64,000 nt of DNA from an uncultured bacterium (GTDB lineage: Bacteria > Acidobacteriota > Thermoanaerobaculia > Multivoradales > JAHZIX01), in the NCBI GenBank assembly GCA_965368975.1, contig CBDUPA010000003.1:320001-384000 (forward strand), read 5' to 3'. The translations under genes and the position numbers were made by a program. Below, in pieces: positions 53,289 to 63,317 of this stretch. Positions within the stretch are counted from its first letter, which is position 1. Every line of letters begins with the position of its first letter. The notes beneath the pieces are model-generated. The model was not told where the DNA came from and did not search any database. It saw only the letters and a list, made by a program, of their open reading frames with translations.

Positions 53289-56200
53289 TCACAAGTTGCG
53301 GCGATACTCGCCGCCGACCTCGTACAAGGCTCCCGTGATCTGACCCAGAGAGCAGCTGTTCACCGCCTCCATCAGCGCTGCGAAGAGGTTGCTGCCGCTC
53401 AAGGCCGCGTCCTGCAGCCGCTGCAACGCCGCTGGTGCCTTGTCTGCATGACGCGTCTGGAAATCCTCCAGGCGACGGATGCACTCCTTCTTCTCTTCGT
53501 CGGTCGCCCGCGACAGTTCAATCTCGCCTTGTTCGGACGCTTCTTCCGTCGTCTTGGGCAAGAAGGTGTTGACGCCGATCACGGGTAGCTCGCCACTGTG
53601 CTTCAGGTGCTCGTACTTCATCGAGTCTTCCTGGATGGTGCCGCGCTGGTACTGCAGCTCCATGGCGCCCAGCACCCCGCCGCGCTCGGTGAGTCGATCG
53701 AACTCGGCCAGCACGGCTTCCTCGACCAGGTCGGTGAGTTCTTCGATCACGAAGCTGCCCTGCGTAGCGTTCTCGCAGAAGGTCAGGCCGAATTCTTTGT
53801 TGATGATCAGCTGGATCGCCATGGCGCGACGAACCGACTCTTCCGTCGGCGTCGTGATCGCCTCGTCATAGGCATTGGTGTGCAGGCTCTGGGCGTTGTC
53901 GAAGGTGGCGAGCAGGGCCTGCAAGGTGGTGCGGATGTCGTTGAACTGAATCTCCATGGCGTGCAGACTGCGACCACTGGTTTGGATGTGGTACTTCAGT
54001 TTCTGGGCACGTTCGGAAGCGCCGTAGAGGCGATCCAGGGCTACCGCCCAGACGCGCCGGGCGACCCTGCCGATAACGCTGTACTCGGTGTCCATGCCGT
54101 TGGAGAAGAAGAAGCTGAGATTGGGTGCGAAGCGGTCGACATCCATGCCCCGGGAGCGGTAGTACTCGACGTAGGTGAAACCGTTGGCCAGCGTGTAAGC
54201 GAGCTGATGGATCGGGTTCGCGCCAGCCTCCGCGATGTGGTAGCCGCTGATCGAGACGCTGTAGAAGTTGCGGACGTTGTGGTCGATGAAGTACGCCTGC
54301 ACGTCGCCCATCATGCGCAGCGCGAACTCGGTGGAGAAGATGCAGGTGTTCTGCCCCTGGTCTTCCTTCAAGATGTCGGCCTGGACGGTGCCGCGGACTC
54401 TCGCCAGCGTCTCGCCCTGGATGCGTGCGTATTCCGCGTCGCTGAGCAGGGCGCGGACGTCGTCCCAAGTGGCGCCGCGCAGGGCATCGGGCTGCAGCTC
54501 TTCGGCCTCGCTGATGTCCAGCCGGCCCTCGGCGCGCAGGAAACGGCGGCACTGCTGGCGCACGGCGGTATTGAAGAAGAAGGCCAAGATGGTGGGGGCC
54601 GGGCCGTTGATGGTCATGCTCACCGAGGTGGTGGGGTCGCACAGGTCGAAGCCGGCGTACAGCCGCTCGGCCTCCTCGACGGTGAACACCGCGACGCCGC
54701 TCTCGCCGATCTTGCCGTAGATGTCGGGCCGCAGGTGCGGGTCCTCACCGTAGAGCGTGATCGAATCGAAGGCGGTCGACAAGCGCGCCGCCGGCTGGCC
54801 GTTGGCGAGCAGGTGGAAGCGGCGGTTGGTGCGCTCGGACGGCCCCTCTCCGGCGAACATGCGCGTCGGGTCTTCGGCCTGACGCTTGAACGGGAAGACT
54901 CCACTGGTAAAGGGATACTCTCCTGGCACGTTCTCGGTCAGACGCCAGTACAGGCGATCGCCCCAGCCGGAGAAGCGTGGGCGCGCGACCTTGGGGATGC
55001 GACTGTCGGAAAGCGTCGTGCGGTAGTTGGCGACCCGGACTTCCTTGCCGCGCACGTGGTACACGAATTCGTCGCCCCGGTACTGCGCGTCCCAGGCGTC
55101 CCAACCGCGCAGCAACTCGAGGCAGCGCGGTTCCAGCGCCTGCAATTGGGTGTTGTAGGCGTCCATCAAGTCGGCTGCCCCTGTCTTACCGGCGTTCGTC
55201 GCGGCCTGAATCTCGTTGGCGGAGAAGCCGGTCAGCACCGATCGTCCCGTACCAGCCGCCAGCGAGCTGGTGCCATCGCCGAGCAGAAAGGCGATAGAGC
55301 GTTCGAGGGCGTCCAGGTCGGCAGCGACTTCGGCTTGCGCTCGCGCCCACGTCCGGTACTGGCGGCAGGCATCTGAGATCTCGCTCAGATAGCGTTCCCG
55401 GCCAGCTGGGATGATGTGCTGACTCGTGTCGGTGACGCGCCCCGTCCCGGCCTCGTAGTGTGACGTCCAGCCAAGGTCGAAGCGTTCGTTCAAGGCGCCC
55501 ACCAGGTGTCCATAGAGCGCGTTGACCCCGCTGTCGTTGAAGTGCGCGGCGCTGGTGCCGAAGACCGGCAGCGACTCCAACGGCTGGCTCCACAGCTCGC
55601 GGTTGCGCTGGACTTGCTTGCGCACCTGGCGCAAGGCGTCCTCGCTGCCGCGGCGGGTGAACTTGTTGATCGCCACGAAGTCGGCGTAGTCGAGCATCTC
55701 GATCTTTTCCAGCTGCGTCGGAGCGCCGAACTCGCTGGTCATGACGTAGAGAGACAGGTCCGAGACTTCGATGATCGCATTGTCGCCCTGCCCGATACCG
55801 GCGGTCTCGACGAAGACGAGGTCGAAGTCGTCCTGCGCGACGACATCGACTACGGGCGCCAGCGCCGCCGAGACCTCGCCGCGGGCTCCGCGCGTGGCGA
55901 GCGAGCGCATGTAGACGCGGGGGTTCTTGAGACTGTTGAAACGGATGCGATCGCCAAGCAGCGCACCGCCGGTGCGTCGGCGTGTTGGATCGACGCAGAC
56001 GATGGCGACTTTCTTGTCCGGGAAATCGTGGACGAAGCGACGTACCAGCTCGTCCGTCAAGCTGCTCTTGCCAGCGCCGCCGGTACCGGTGAGGCCGATG
56101 ATCGGTGCGCGCTTTCCCTTGGCTGTACCTTCAGCGGTGGCAGACGCGGCAGTACCGTTTTCAGCTGCATACTCCGCCGCGGTGACGCGCCGGGCCAGCG

Positions 56201-56729
56201 GCAGGAAGGTCTGTGGACCGCCGTTGACCGACACGGGCAGAGCTGCCAGGTCGTAGTCGCAGCCTTCGAGCACCATGTTGATCATGCCCTGCAGGCCCAT
56301 CTGCCGACCGTCGTCGGGCGAGAAGACCCGATCGATGCCGCTCGCGTGCAGTTGCTCGATCTCGCGCGGTACGATCACGCCCCCGCCTCCGCCGAAGATT
56401 TTGACGTGCTGGGCGCCACATTCGTCGAGCATCTGACGCATGTAGGTGAAGTACTCCATGTGCCCGCCCTGGTAACTGGTCAGCGCGATGCCCTGTGCGT
56501 CTTCTTGCAGCGCAGCCTGCACGACTTCCTCTACTGAGCGGTTGTGCCCCAGGTGGATGACCTCGGCACCGCTGGCCTGCAAGATACGGCGCATGATGTT
56601 GATCGAGGCGTCGTGGCCGTCGAACAGCGCGGCCGAAGTGATGATCCGCACTGGGTTGCGCGGCTGGTAGGGTTCGGTGGAGGAGGGTTGACGGGCAGCT
56701 TGCGCAGTGGGAGAGCTGGTCGTGGTCAT
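53289..56729 (-). CDS. icmF: Fused isobutyryl-CoA mutase / MeaB-like GTPase IcmF
   Basis: B12-binding LFDGHDASINIMRR; P-loop GLTGTGGAGKSS; VETAGIGQ; mutase RMFAG, RLSTAFDS, RGTVQADILKE, SISGYHIAEAGANP and QTSGRSL. Confidence 0.93.
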   Translation of the reverse strand: MTTTSSPTAQAARQPSSTEPYQPRNPVRIITSAALFDGHDASINIMRRILQASGAEVIHLGHNRSVEEVVQAALQEDAQGIALTSYQGGHMEYFTYMRQMLDECGAQHVKIFGGGGGVIVPREIEQLHASGIDRVFSPDDGRQMGLQGMINMVLEGCDYDLAALPVSVNGGPQTFLPLARRVTAAEYAAENGTAASATAEGTAKGKRAPIIGLTGTGGAGKSSLTDELVRRFVHDFPDKKVAIVCVDPTRRRTGGALLGDRIRFNSLKNPRVYMRSLATRGARGEVSAALAPVVDVVAQDDFDLVFVETAGIGQGDNAIIEVSDLSLYVMTSEFGAPTQLEKIEMLDYADFVAINKFTRRGSEDALRQVRKQVQRNRELWSQPLESLPVFGTSAAHFNDSGVNALYGHLVGALNERFDLGWTSHYEAGTGRVTDTSQHIIPAGRERYLSEISDACRQYRTWARAQAEVAADLDALERSIAFLLGDGTSSLAAGTGRSVLTGFSANEIQAATNAGKTGAADLMDAYNTQLQALEPRCLELLRGWDAWDAQYRGDEFVYHVRGKEVRVANYRTTLSDSRIPKVARPRFSGWGDRLYWRLTENVPGEYPFTSGVFPFKRQAEDPTRMFAGEGPSERTNRRFHLLANGQPAARLSTAFDSITLYGEDPHLRPDIYGKIGESGVAVFTVEEAERLYAGFDLCDPTTSVSMTINGPAPTILAFFFNTAVRQQCRRFLRAEGRLDISEAEELQPDALRGATWDDVRALLSDAEYARIQGETLARVRGTVQADILKEDQGQNTCIFSTEFALRMMGDVQAYFIDHNVRNFYSVSISGYHIAEAGANPIHQLAYTLANGFTYVEYYRSRGMDVDRFAPNLSFFFSNGMDTEYSVIGRVARRVWAVALDRLYGASERAQKLKYHIQTSGRSLHAMEIQFNDIRTTLQALLATFDNAQSLHTNAYDEAITTPTEESVRRAMAIQLIINKEFGLTFCENATQGSFVIEELTDLVEEAVLAEFDRLTERGGVLGAMELQYQRGTIQEDSMKYEHLKHSGELPVIGVNTFLPKTTEEASEQGEIELSRATDEEKKECIRRLEDFQTRHADKAPAALQRLQDAALSGSNLFAALMEAVNSCSLGQITGALYEVGGEYRRNL

Positions 56730-56884
56730 GGAGTTTCGGGCCTCGAATGGTGGGTTCGGTCGCGATGACCGCGAAGGTTCAACCGGGACCCCTCCGGCCG
56801 TCGTGGCAGAGAGTTCGCAGCGGGTCGGTTTCTTGTGAGTTCGAGCAATCGCTGCCCGGGACTGGAATGCCGGGCGGGAACGCC

Positions 56885-56890
56885 TATAAT
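56885..56890 (+). promoter_or_regulatory. Putative sigma70 -10 element (TATAAT) in the divergent icmF/regulator intergenic region
   Basis: Perfect TATAAT in a GC-rich background, 110 bp upstream of ATG 57000; overlapping TATTAT on the minus strand; no clear -35. Confidence 0.45.
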
Positions 56891-56999
56891 ATACGGCGGT
56901 TCGCAAGGCAGAGATCGAAGGCGGAAATCGAGTCTGAACTCCAGCCGCTGACGAACCCCAATCTATCGAGTTCTACGCACCGAGTTCCAAGGGGACCCT

Positions 57000-58628
57000 A
57001 TGAGCAAGACAATCCTGCTGGCCGACGACAGCGTCACGATACAGAAGGTCATCGAGCTGACCTTCATGGACCAGAACTACGAGGTGGTACCGGTCAGTAG
57101 CGGTGACGACGCACTGGCCCGACTCGGTGAGATGACGCCGGACCTGGTCATCGCCGACGTGCACATGCCAGGGGCCACCGGCTACGAGGTGGCGCGCCAG
57201 AGCAAGGCGAGGCTGCCGGGTGTCCCTGTACTGCTGCTCGTCGGCACCTTCGAGGAGTTCGACGACGCGGAATACGGTGCTTGTGGTGCTGACGACTACC
57301 TGAAGAAGCCATTCGATTCGCAGGAACTGCTGCGACTGGTCGAGCAGCTGAGCGGCGGAGCCACCGCACCCGCACCGGAGCAGGCCCCCTTGGCCGCGCC
57401 GGTCGCTGAGGCTGCAGCGCCGCCCCCACCGCCGCCACCGGCGATCGATCCGCTGCCGCCGCTGGACGACGACTTGAGCGGTTTCAGCCTCGACGACGAC
57501 CCGATGGACAGCTCGTCTCTGGTGATGCCGCCCGAAGACATGACAGCGGCTCGCGCCGCCGAGGCTCCGACTCCCGAAACGGGGGGGGCCGAAGCTGCAG
57601 TCCCTGAGGATCCCTTCCTGCAGGTCGAAGAACTACCCGCTCCGTCGGTTCCCGCACCCACCGCCCCGTCGATGGTCGAAGCCGCTGGCAGCCCAGCGCT
57701 GAGTGTCGACCTGACCGAAGGTGACGGCTCGTCGCAGGTGCAGCCGCCAGCCGATGTGCCGGAACCTGCCGTGGCCTCGAGTGTCGAGGCGATCGCGTTC
57801 GAGGAGCCGACGCTCGAAGAGCTGGCCGAACCAGTTGTCGAGATGGATCCGGCCGCACCGGCGCCCTCCAGCGTCGAGGCCATCCCCTTCGATCCTGATG
57901 AAACAGGCTCCTTGCTCCCGACAGTTACAGCGGCGGAACAGCAGGCTGAAGTTGCGGCCAGCGAGGACGCCTTGACCTTCGAAGACGACGCCTATTCGTT
58001 CGAGCCGCCGGAGGGCCTAACGCGCGGCGATGTTGGCGCTGTAGCAGAGGCCGAGGCGGCCGAGGTGGAAGCCTCGCCGGAAGCCAAGACCCCAGCCTTT
58101 GAGGTGCCGCACGTCGAGTTGCCGGCGATGACGTTGCCCACCTCGGGACGGCTCGAGGATGTCGAGGTTGCCGCCGACGTCGTAGAGGACGTGTTCGCCG
58201 ACGAGCCTGCCGAGATGGAAGTGTCGCCGGCCGCTCCGGTACCGGCTGAGGTCGAGGTGGCCCCGGAGCCTGCTCCAGCCGAGATCTCAGCGGCTGAACC
58301 CTCTGCCGAGGAAGAGCGCGCTACCGAGGCTAAATCCGTTGCTGAGGCTGAACCCGTTGCTGAGGCTGAACCCGTTGCTGAGGTTGAACCCGTTGCTGCG
58401 GAGGCCGTGACAGAGGAACCTGCTGCCGCGGCAAGCTCTTCGACGGGTACTGGCGCTGCGGGCGGCAACGGTCAGCTCTCCGACGGCGATGTCGACCGAA
58501 TTGCTCGCCGCGTCGTCGAGCTGATGGGCGAGAAGATGGCCCGCGAGCTGGCCTGGGAGATCATTCCTGACCTTGCCGAGGTGGTGATCAAGGATCGCCT
58601 GCGCGAGCTGGAGAATCAGCTGGCGTGA
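57000..58628 (+). CDS. RomR-like response regulator (receiver, long Pro/Glu/Ala linker, conserved C-terminal helix)
   Basis: ILLADDSVTIQKVIELTF, ADVHMPG and KKPF receiver motifs; acidic disordered linker; C-terminal RELAWEIIPDLAEVVIKDRLREL; directly upstream of valS. Confidence 0.82.
   Translation: MSKTILLADDSVTIQKVIELTFMDQNYEVVPVSSGDDALARLGEMTPDLVIADVHMPGATGYEVARQSKARLPGVPVLLLVGTFEEFDDAEYGACGADDYLKKPFDSQELLRLVEQLSGGATAPAPEQAPLAAPVAEAAAPPPPPPPAIDPLPPLDDDLSGFSLDDDPMDSSSLVMPPEDMTAARAAEAPTPETGGAEAAVPEDPFLQVEELPAPSVPAPTAPSMVEAAGSPALSVDLTEGDGSSQVQPPADVPEPAVASSVEAIAFEEPTLEELAEPVVEMDPAAPAPSSVEAIPFDPDETGSLLPTVTAAEQQAEVAASEDALTFEDDAYSFEPPEGLTRGDVGAVAEAEAAEVEASPEAKTPAFEVPHVELPAMTLPTSGRLEDVEVAADVVEDVFADEPAEMEVSPAAPVPAEVEVAPEPAPAEISAAEPSAEEERATEAKSVAEAEPVAEAEPVAEVEPVAAEAVTEEPAAAASSSTGTGAAGGNGQLSDGDVDRIARRVVELMGEKMARELAWEIIPDLAEVVIKDRLRELENQLA
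58323..58394 (+). repeat. 18-bp in-frame tandem repeat encoding AEAEPV (3 copies plus 1 degenerate)
   Basis: GCTGAGGCTGAACCCGTT at 58341, 58359 and 58377 (1 mismatch); degenerate copy at 58323. Confidence 0.9.
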
Positions 58629-58654
58629 AGCGACCTGCTTACCCTCCAGGAAAC

Positions 58655-58676
58655 GCGCCGGTCTTCGGGCCGGCGC
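58655..58676 (+). terminator. Stable cUUCGg hairpin after the regulator gene
   Basis: GCGCCGGTC-TTCG-GGCCGGCGC; no immediate U tract. Confidence 0.5.
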
Positions 58677-58930
58677 TGCAGGACTCAACTCTTCGCAGTC
58701 TCGTTGCAGAGTTTTTCTCCCTCTGCCCTTTGTCTCACACTCCGTCGACTCTCTAAACCCTACGCCCATGCCTGGGTAGGACCGCCAACCTCGGCGTCCG
58801 AGGGCCTGGCTCCATGGGAGCAGGTCTGTCCCGTACCTGGACCTCATTTCGTCCCTCGACTCGACCCAACACCTGAAAACTCGCAACTTCCTCGATGAGA
58901 TAGGCCGCCAGTATGGGAAACAACGCCGCG

Positions 58931-61582
58931 ATGGACAAACACTTCGATCCTGCCAGCTACGAGCGGAAGTGGCAGAAGTACTGGGTCGACAACGAGCTGT
59001 ACACGTGTCCCGAGACCTCCGACCGGCCGGGCTTCTGCATCATGATCCCGCCGCCCAACGTCACCGGCACGCTACACCTCGGGCATGCGCTGCAGAGCGC
59101 GCTGCAGGATCTGCTGGTGCGCTGGCGCCGCATGCAGGGATACAACGCCTTGTGGTTGCCCGGTACCGATCACGCAGGGATCGCGACACAGCTGATGGTC
59201 GAACGTCAGCTGAAGACGGAAGGGACCAGCCGGCAGGAAGTCGGCCGCGACGCGTTCGTAGAGCGCGTCTGGGAATGGAAGCACGAGCATCACGGGCACA
59301 TCCGCAACCAGTTGGAGCTACTCGGTACTAGCTGCGACTGGACGCGCGAGCGCTTCACCATGGACGAGGGGCTCTGCCGCGCCGTGCGCGAGGCCTTCGT
59401 GCGTTACTACCGCGAGGGCAAGCTCTACCGCGGTGAGTACTTGGTGAACTGGTCGCCGCAGCTGCAGACCGCCGTCTCGGACCTCGAAGTCGAGATGAAG
59501 GAGGTGCAGGGTAAGCTGTACCATGTGGCCTACCCGATCGAGGGTTCAGACGAGCGCATCGTCGTAGCAACCACGCGTCCCGAGACGATGCTCGGCGACA
59601 CCGGCATCGCGCTGCATCCGGAGGACGAGCGCTACCAGCACCTGCTGGACAAGCACGCTGTGCTGCCGTTGGTCGGACGTAAGCTGCGATTCATTGCCGA
59701 CGACGTGGTCGATCCCGAGTTCGGCACCGGTCTGGTCAAGGTGACGCCATTCCACGATCCGAACGACTTCGAGATGGGGCAGCGCCACGGCTTGGAGCGT
59801 GTGCAGGTGATCGGGCTCGATGGTCACATGACCGAGGCGGCAGGGGAGTTTGCCGGCCTCGACCGCTTCGAAGCGCGCAAGCAGGTGGTCGAGGCGCTGC
59901 GCGATCAGGGCTATCTGGTCAAGGTCGAAGACCATGTGCACAACGTCGGCCATAGTCAGCGCGGTGGTGAGCCGATCGAGCCGCTAGTGTCGACGCAGTG
60001 GTTCTGTGACGTCTCCGAACCGTCGAAGCTGGCCCTGGAGGCGGTACAGAAGGGGGACTTGCAGCTGGTGCCGGCGACCCACGCCAAGACTTGGGAGCAC
60101 TGGCTGTCCAACATTCGGCCTTGGTGCGTATCGCGCCAGCTGTGGTGGGGGCACCGCATTCCCGCCTGGTACAACGAAGACGGCGATATCTTCGTGGCGC
60201 ACAGCTTCGAGGAAGCTGCCGAGCAGGCCGGCACCGATCAACTGACGCAAGATCCAGACGTGCTCGACACCTGGTTCTCGTCAGCGCTGTGGCCGTTCTC
60301 GACCTTGGGTTGGCCGGACGACACGCCGGACATGCAATCGTTCTACCCCACCGACGTGCTGATCACCGGTCACGACATTCTCTTCTTCTGGGTCGCCCGC
60401 ATGGTGTTCAGCGGTTACCAGTTCACCGGCAAGCTGCCGTTCCACAGCGTGCATCTGACCGGCCTGGTGCGCGCCGCCGACGGTCAGAAGATGTCGAAGA
60501 CCAAGGGCAACACCATCGATCCGCTCGAACTGGTGGACGAGCACGGCGCTGACGCGTTGCGCTTCACCTTGTCGATCCTCGACGTACCCGGGCGTGACAT
60601 TCCGCTGGACCCGGAACGCATGGCCGGCTACCGGGCGTTTTGCAACAAGATCTGGAACGCCACGCGCTTTGCCCTGTCGAAGATCGATAGTGCCAATGAT
60701 GACGACTCTAAGAGCACCGCCGAGATCGTCGTCGAGCCGGACGCCGCCTTCATCGGTGAACTGGCCGCGCCCGAGCGATGGATCCTCAGCCGGTTGTCGC
60801 GCGTCGCCGAAGAGGTCAGTGCTCGGCTGGAGGCCTTCCGCTTCGACGAAGCTTGCCAGGCGCTCTATCATTTCTTCTGGGGTGAGCTGTGCGACTGGTA
60901 CATCGAACTGTGCAAGCCGGCCCTCGGTGGTGAGGCCCCACGGCCGCACGTGGCGCAGGTTCTGCTGACCGTGCTCGACCGCAGCCTGCGCCTGCTGCAT
61001 CCGGTGATGCCACATCTGACCGAGGAACTGTGGCATCGCTTGCCGGGCTACAGCGCAATCGATGCGCGTAGCATCTCGCTGGCGCCGTACCCGAAGCGCG
61101 AAGAGAGCTGGGAAGATGCGGGTGTCGAGGCCAAGATGGCTGCTGTCCTGGAGGTCATCGGGCGGGCGCGCGCCATGCGTACTGAGCAGAATCTGCCCGC
61201 GTCGACCAAAGTGACGCTGCACGCCCAGGCCCAGGACGCTAACCTGGCCGATTTCCTGCATGAGCAGGCCGCACTGCTGCGCTTCTTGCTGCGCCTCGAA
61301 TCCCTGGAACTCACGCCCGCGCCGGAAGGAGCCGTGCGTGATCTGGTTGCCGGGGTCGAGATGGCTTTGGTCGCCGAGGTGCCAGAAATGACCGCTACCG
61401 AGCGCCAGCGGTTGGAAAAGGATGCCGCCAAGCTCGGTGAAGAGATCGAGAAGGCTGAAGCCCGCCTGAGCAACGAACACTTTTTGAGCAAGGCTCCTGC
61501 GCAAGTCGTCGAGAGCCAGCGTCAGCGACTGGACGAGATGAAGGAACGCCGCGAGCGTATCTTGACTAGCTTGGAGTCTTGA
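58931..61582 (+). CDS. valS: Valine--tRNA ligase
   Basis: [54 protein letters not shown] and C-terminal coiled coil. Alternative start 58913. Confidence 0.97.
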   Translation: MDKHFDPASYERKWQKYWVDNELYTCPETSDRPGFCIMIPPPNVTGTLHLGHALQSALQDLLVRWRRMQGYNALWLPGTDHAGIATQLMVERQLKTEGTSRQEVGRDAFVERVWEWKHEHHGHIRNQLELLGTSCDWTRERFTMDEGLCRAVREAFVRYYREGKLYRGEYLVNWSPQLQTAVSDLEVEMKEVQGKLYHVAYPIEGSDERIVVATTRPETMLGDTGIALHPEDERYQHLLDKHAVLPLVGRKLRFIADDVVDPEFGTGLVKVTPFHDPNDFEMGQRHGLERVQVIGLDGHMTEAAGEFAGLDRFEARKQVVEALRDQGYLVKVEDHVHNVGHSQRGGEPIEPLVSTQWFCDVSEPSKLALEAVQKGDLQLVPATHAKTWEHWLSNIRPWCVSRQLWWGHRIPAWYNEDGDIFVAHSFEEAAEQAGTDQLTQDPDVLDTWFSSALWPFSTLGWPDDTPDMQSFYPTDVLITGHDILFFWVARMVFSGYQFTGKLPFHSVHLTGLVRAADGQKMSKTKGNTIDPLELVDEHGADALRFTLSILDVPGRDIPLDPERMAGYRAFCNKIWNATRFALSKIDSANDDDSKSTAEIVVEPDAAFIGELAAPERWILSRLSRVAEEVSARLEAFRFDEACQALYHFFWGELCDWYIELCKPALGGEAPRPHVAQVLLTVLDRSLRLLHPVMPHLTEELWHRLPGYSAIDARSISLAPYPKREESWEDAGVEAKMAAVLEVIGRARAMRTEQNLPASTKVTLHAQAQDANLADFLHEQAALLRFLLRLESLELTPAPEGAVRDLVAGVEMALVAEVPEMTATERQRLEKDAAKLGEEIEKAEARLSNEHFLSKAPAQVVESQRQRLDEMKERRERILTSLES

Positions 61583-61613
61583 GTCCCCGAGCAGGGACGA
61601 CGTAGCCGACATC

Positions 61614-62465
61614 ATGGAATCGCCGCTACAGCCACCCGGGTCGCCGCAAGGATCGGCTCTGGGACGCATCTTGGACGATCTTGGCCAGGTGCACTTCTCG
61701 GACACTGCCGCCTGTCAGCCCGAGAACGTTGTGCTGTTGCGCTCCGTGCCGTCGACCAACCGGCTGGCGCGCCACATCGCGGCGGAATACCTCAAGGAAG
61801 GTGAAACCGTGCCCGGGGCACTCGTGCTGGCGCTGGAGCAGACGGCTGGCCGGGGCCGTCACGGCCGGGCATGGTCCAGTCCGGCAGGGCTCGGGCTCTA
61901 TGCGACGCTAGTTCTGCCGCTGGACGACCTCGCCGAATTGCCGCGCTTGCCGCTGCTCGCCGGCGTCGGCCTGGCACGAGCGTTGAACCCGCATCTGGGC
62001 GACGCGTGCCGTCTCAAGTGGCCCAATGACCTCATGGTCGACGGCAAGAAGTTGGGCGGCATCCTGATCGAGACGGAGACGCGTCGCGAACTCGCTCCCG
62101 TCGCGCTCATCGGATTCGGTATCAACTATGGCCACGCCCCCGAGCAACTACCGATCGCCGCCAGCACCTCCATTGCGATCGAGTGCGAACAGCCGCCGAC
62201 CCTTGGGACGCTGGCTGGTGAGCTGGTCGGTAGCCTCTACTCCGCGCTACGCTGGCGGCGCGACAATCAGGAGACGTTGCGTCTCTACGACGAGGTCTCC
62301 CTGCATCGGCCGGGTGACATCGTGCGCTGCCGGCTGGACGGTGGCGCACCGCTCGAAGGGGTGTTTCTCGGCTTCGACCAGCGTGGCTACTTGCGCATGC
62401 GCAGCGGCGAACGCGAAGTCCTTCTCAACAGCGGGGATCTCGAGCTTCCGGGGGGCGACTCCTAG
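61614..62465 (+). CDS. birA: Biotin--[acetyl-CoA-carboxylase] ligase
   Basis: STN, EQTAGRGRHGRAWSSP, LKWPNDL, KKLGGILIE and GFGIN; no N-terminal HTH. Confidence 0.92.
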   Translation: MESPLQPPGSPQGSALGRILDDLGQVHFSDTAACQPENVVLLRSVPSTNRLARHIAAEYLKEGETVPGALVLALEQTAGRGRHGRAWSSPAGLGLYATLVLPLDDLAELPRLPLLAGVGLARALNPHLGDACRLKWPNDLMVDGKKLGGILIETETRRELAPVALIGFGINYGHAPEQLPIAASTSIAIECEQPPTLGTLAGELVGSLYSALRWRRDNQETLRLYDEVSLHRPGDIVRCRLDGGAPLEGVFLGFDQRGYLRMRSGEREVLLNSGDLELPGGDS

Positions 62466-62489
62466 AATGTTTCAGGAAGAAAGTGCAGC

Positions 62490-63317
62490 GTGAGTGACAA
62501 GCAAGCCCGTGGTGGAGAAGGCGGCAAGGACCTCCTGATCCTGGTCGATACCGGAAATACCAACACCGTCTTCGGCGTCTTTCGTAACGACGACCTGCTC
62601 GAATCTATGCGCCTGGCCACCGACAGCCGGCGCACTGTCGACGAGTACCTGGCGCTGCTGGTGCCGCTGTTCAGCCAGGCGGGCCTGGCTCCGGCGCAAG
62701 CCTGCGCGGTCCTGATCAGCTCGGTCGTGCCGCCGATGAACGGCACGCTGATCCAGCTGTGCCGCCGTCTCTTTGGCATCGAACCGGACTTCATCGACGC
62801 CGAGACCGACACCGGTTTGCCGGTGCGCCACATCAACCCGCAGGAGGTGGGTGCCGACCGCATTGTCAACGCGGTGGCCGCGCGTGCCCGCTTCGGTGCG
62901 CCCGTCGTGGTCGTCGACTTCGGTACCGCGACCACCTTCGACGTTGTCGATGCCAGCGGTGCCTACGTCGGTGGCATCATCGCGCCGGGTGCCTCGATCT
63001 CGGCCGAAGCCTTGTTCTCGAAGGCGTCGCGTCTGTATCGCGTCGATATCAAGCGGCCGCCGCAGCTGGTCGGGCACACGACGGTCGAAGCGGTACAGTC
63101 CGGCATCTACTATGGCTACATCGGTCTCGTCGACGGTATCCTGACTCGGCTGAAGCGGGAGCTTCCCGACCTGCACTCCGTGCTCGCCACCGGCGGCTTG
63201 GCCGAGCTGATTGCCCGCGATTCTGAGCATATCGACGTCATCGACCAACAGTTGACGCTCGACGGTCTCAAGCTGATCTATGACTACCGGCAAAGCCAGC
63301 AAACAACCCGGCGCTGA
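62490..63317 (+). CDS. coaX: Type III pantothenate kinase
   Basis: VDTGNTN, ISSVVP, VGADRIVNA, VVDFGTATTFD, GGIIAPG and ATGG. Confidence 0.95.
   Translation: MSDKQARGGEGGKDLLILVDTGNTNTVFGVFRNDDLLESMRLATDSRRTVDEYLALLVPLFSQAGLAPAQACAVLISSVVPPMNGTLIQLCRRLFGIEPDFIDAETDTGLPVRHINPQEVGADRIVNAVAARARFGAPVVVVDFGTATTFDVVDASGAYVGGIIAPGASISAEALFSKASRLYRVDIKRPPQLVGHTTVEAVQSGIYYGYIGLVDGILTRLKRELPDLHSVLATGGLAELIARDSEHIDVIDQQLTLDGLKLIYDYRQSQQTTRR

Noticed and set aside
56730-56900. Cobalamin riboswitch upstream of icmF, or upstream of HupE/UreJ at 34400-34720
   Set aside because: No B12-box or GCCACUG/GGGAA core motifs in the right order by eye; an Rfam scan would be needed to exclude it fully.
58770-58790. 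GGGTAGGACCGC as a T-box upstream of valS
   Set aside because: It does not match the UGGNACC antiterminator bulge, and I saw no specifier stem or following terminator.
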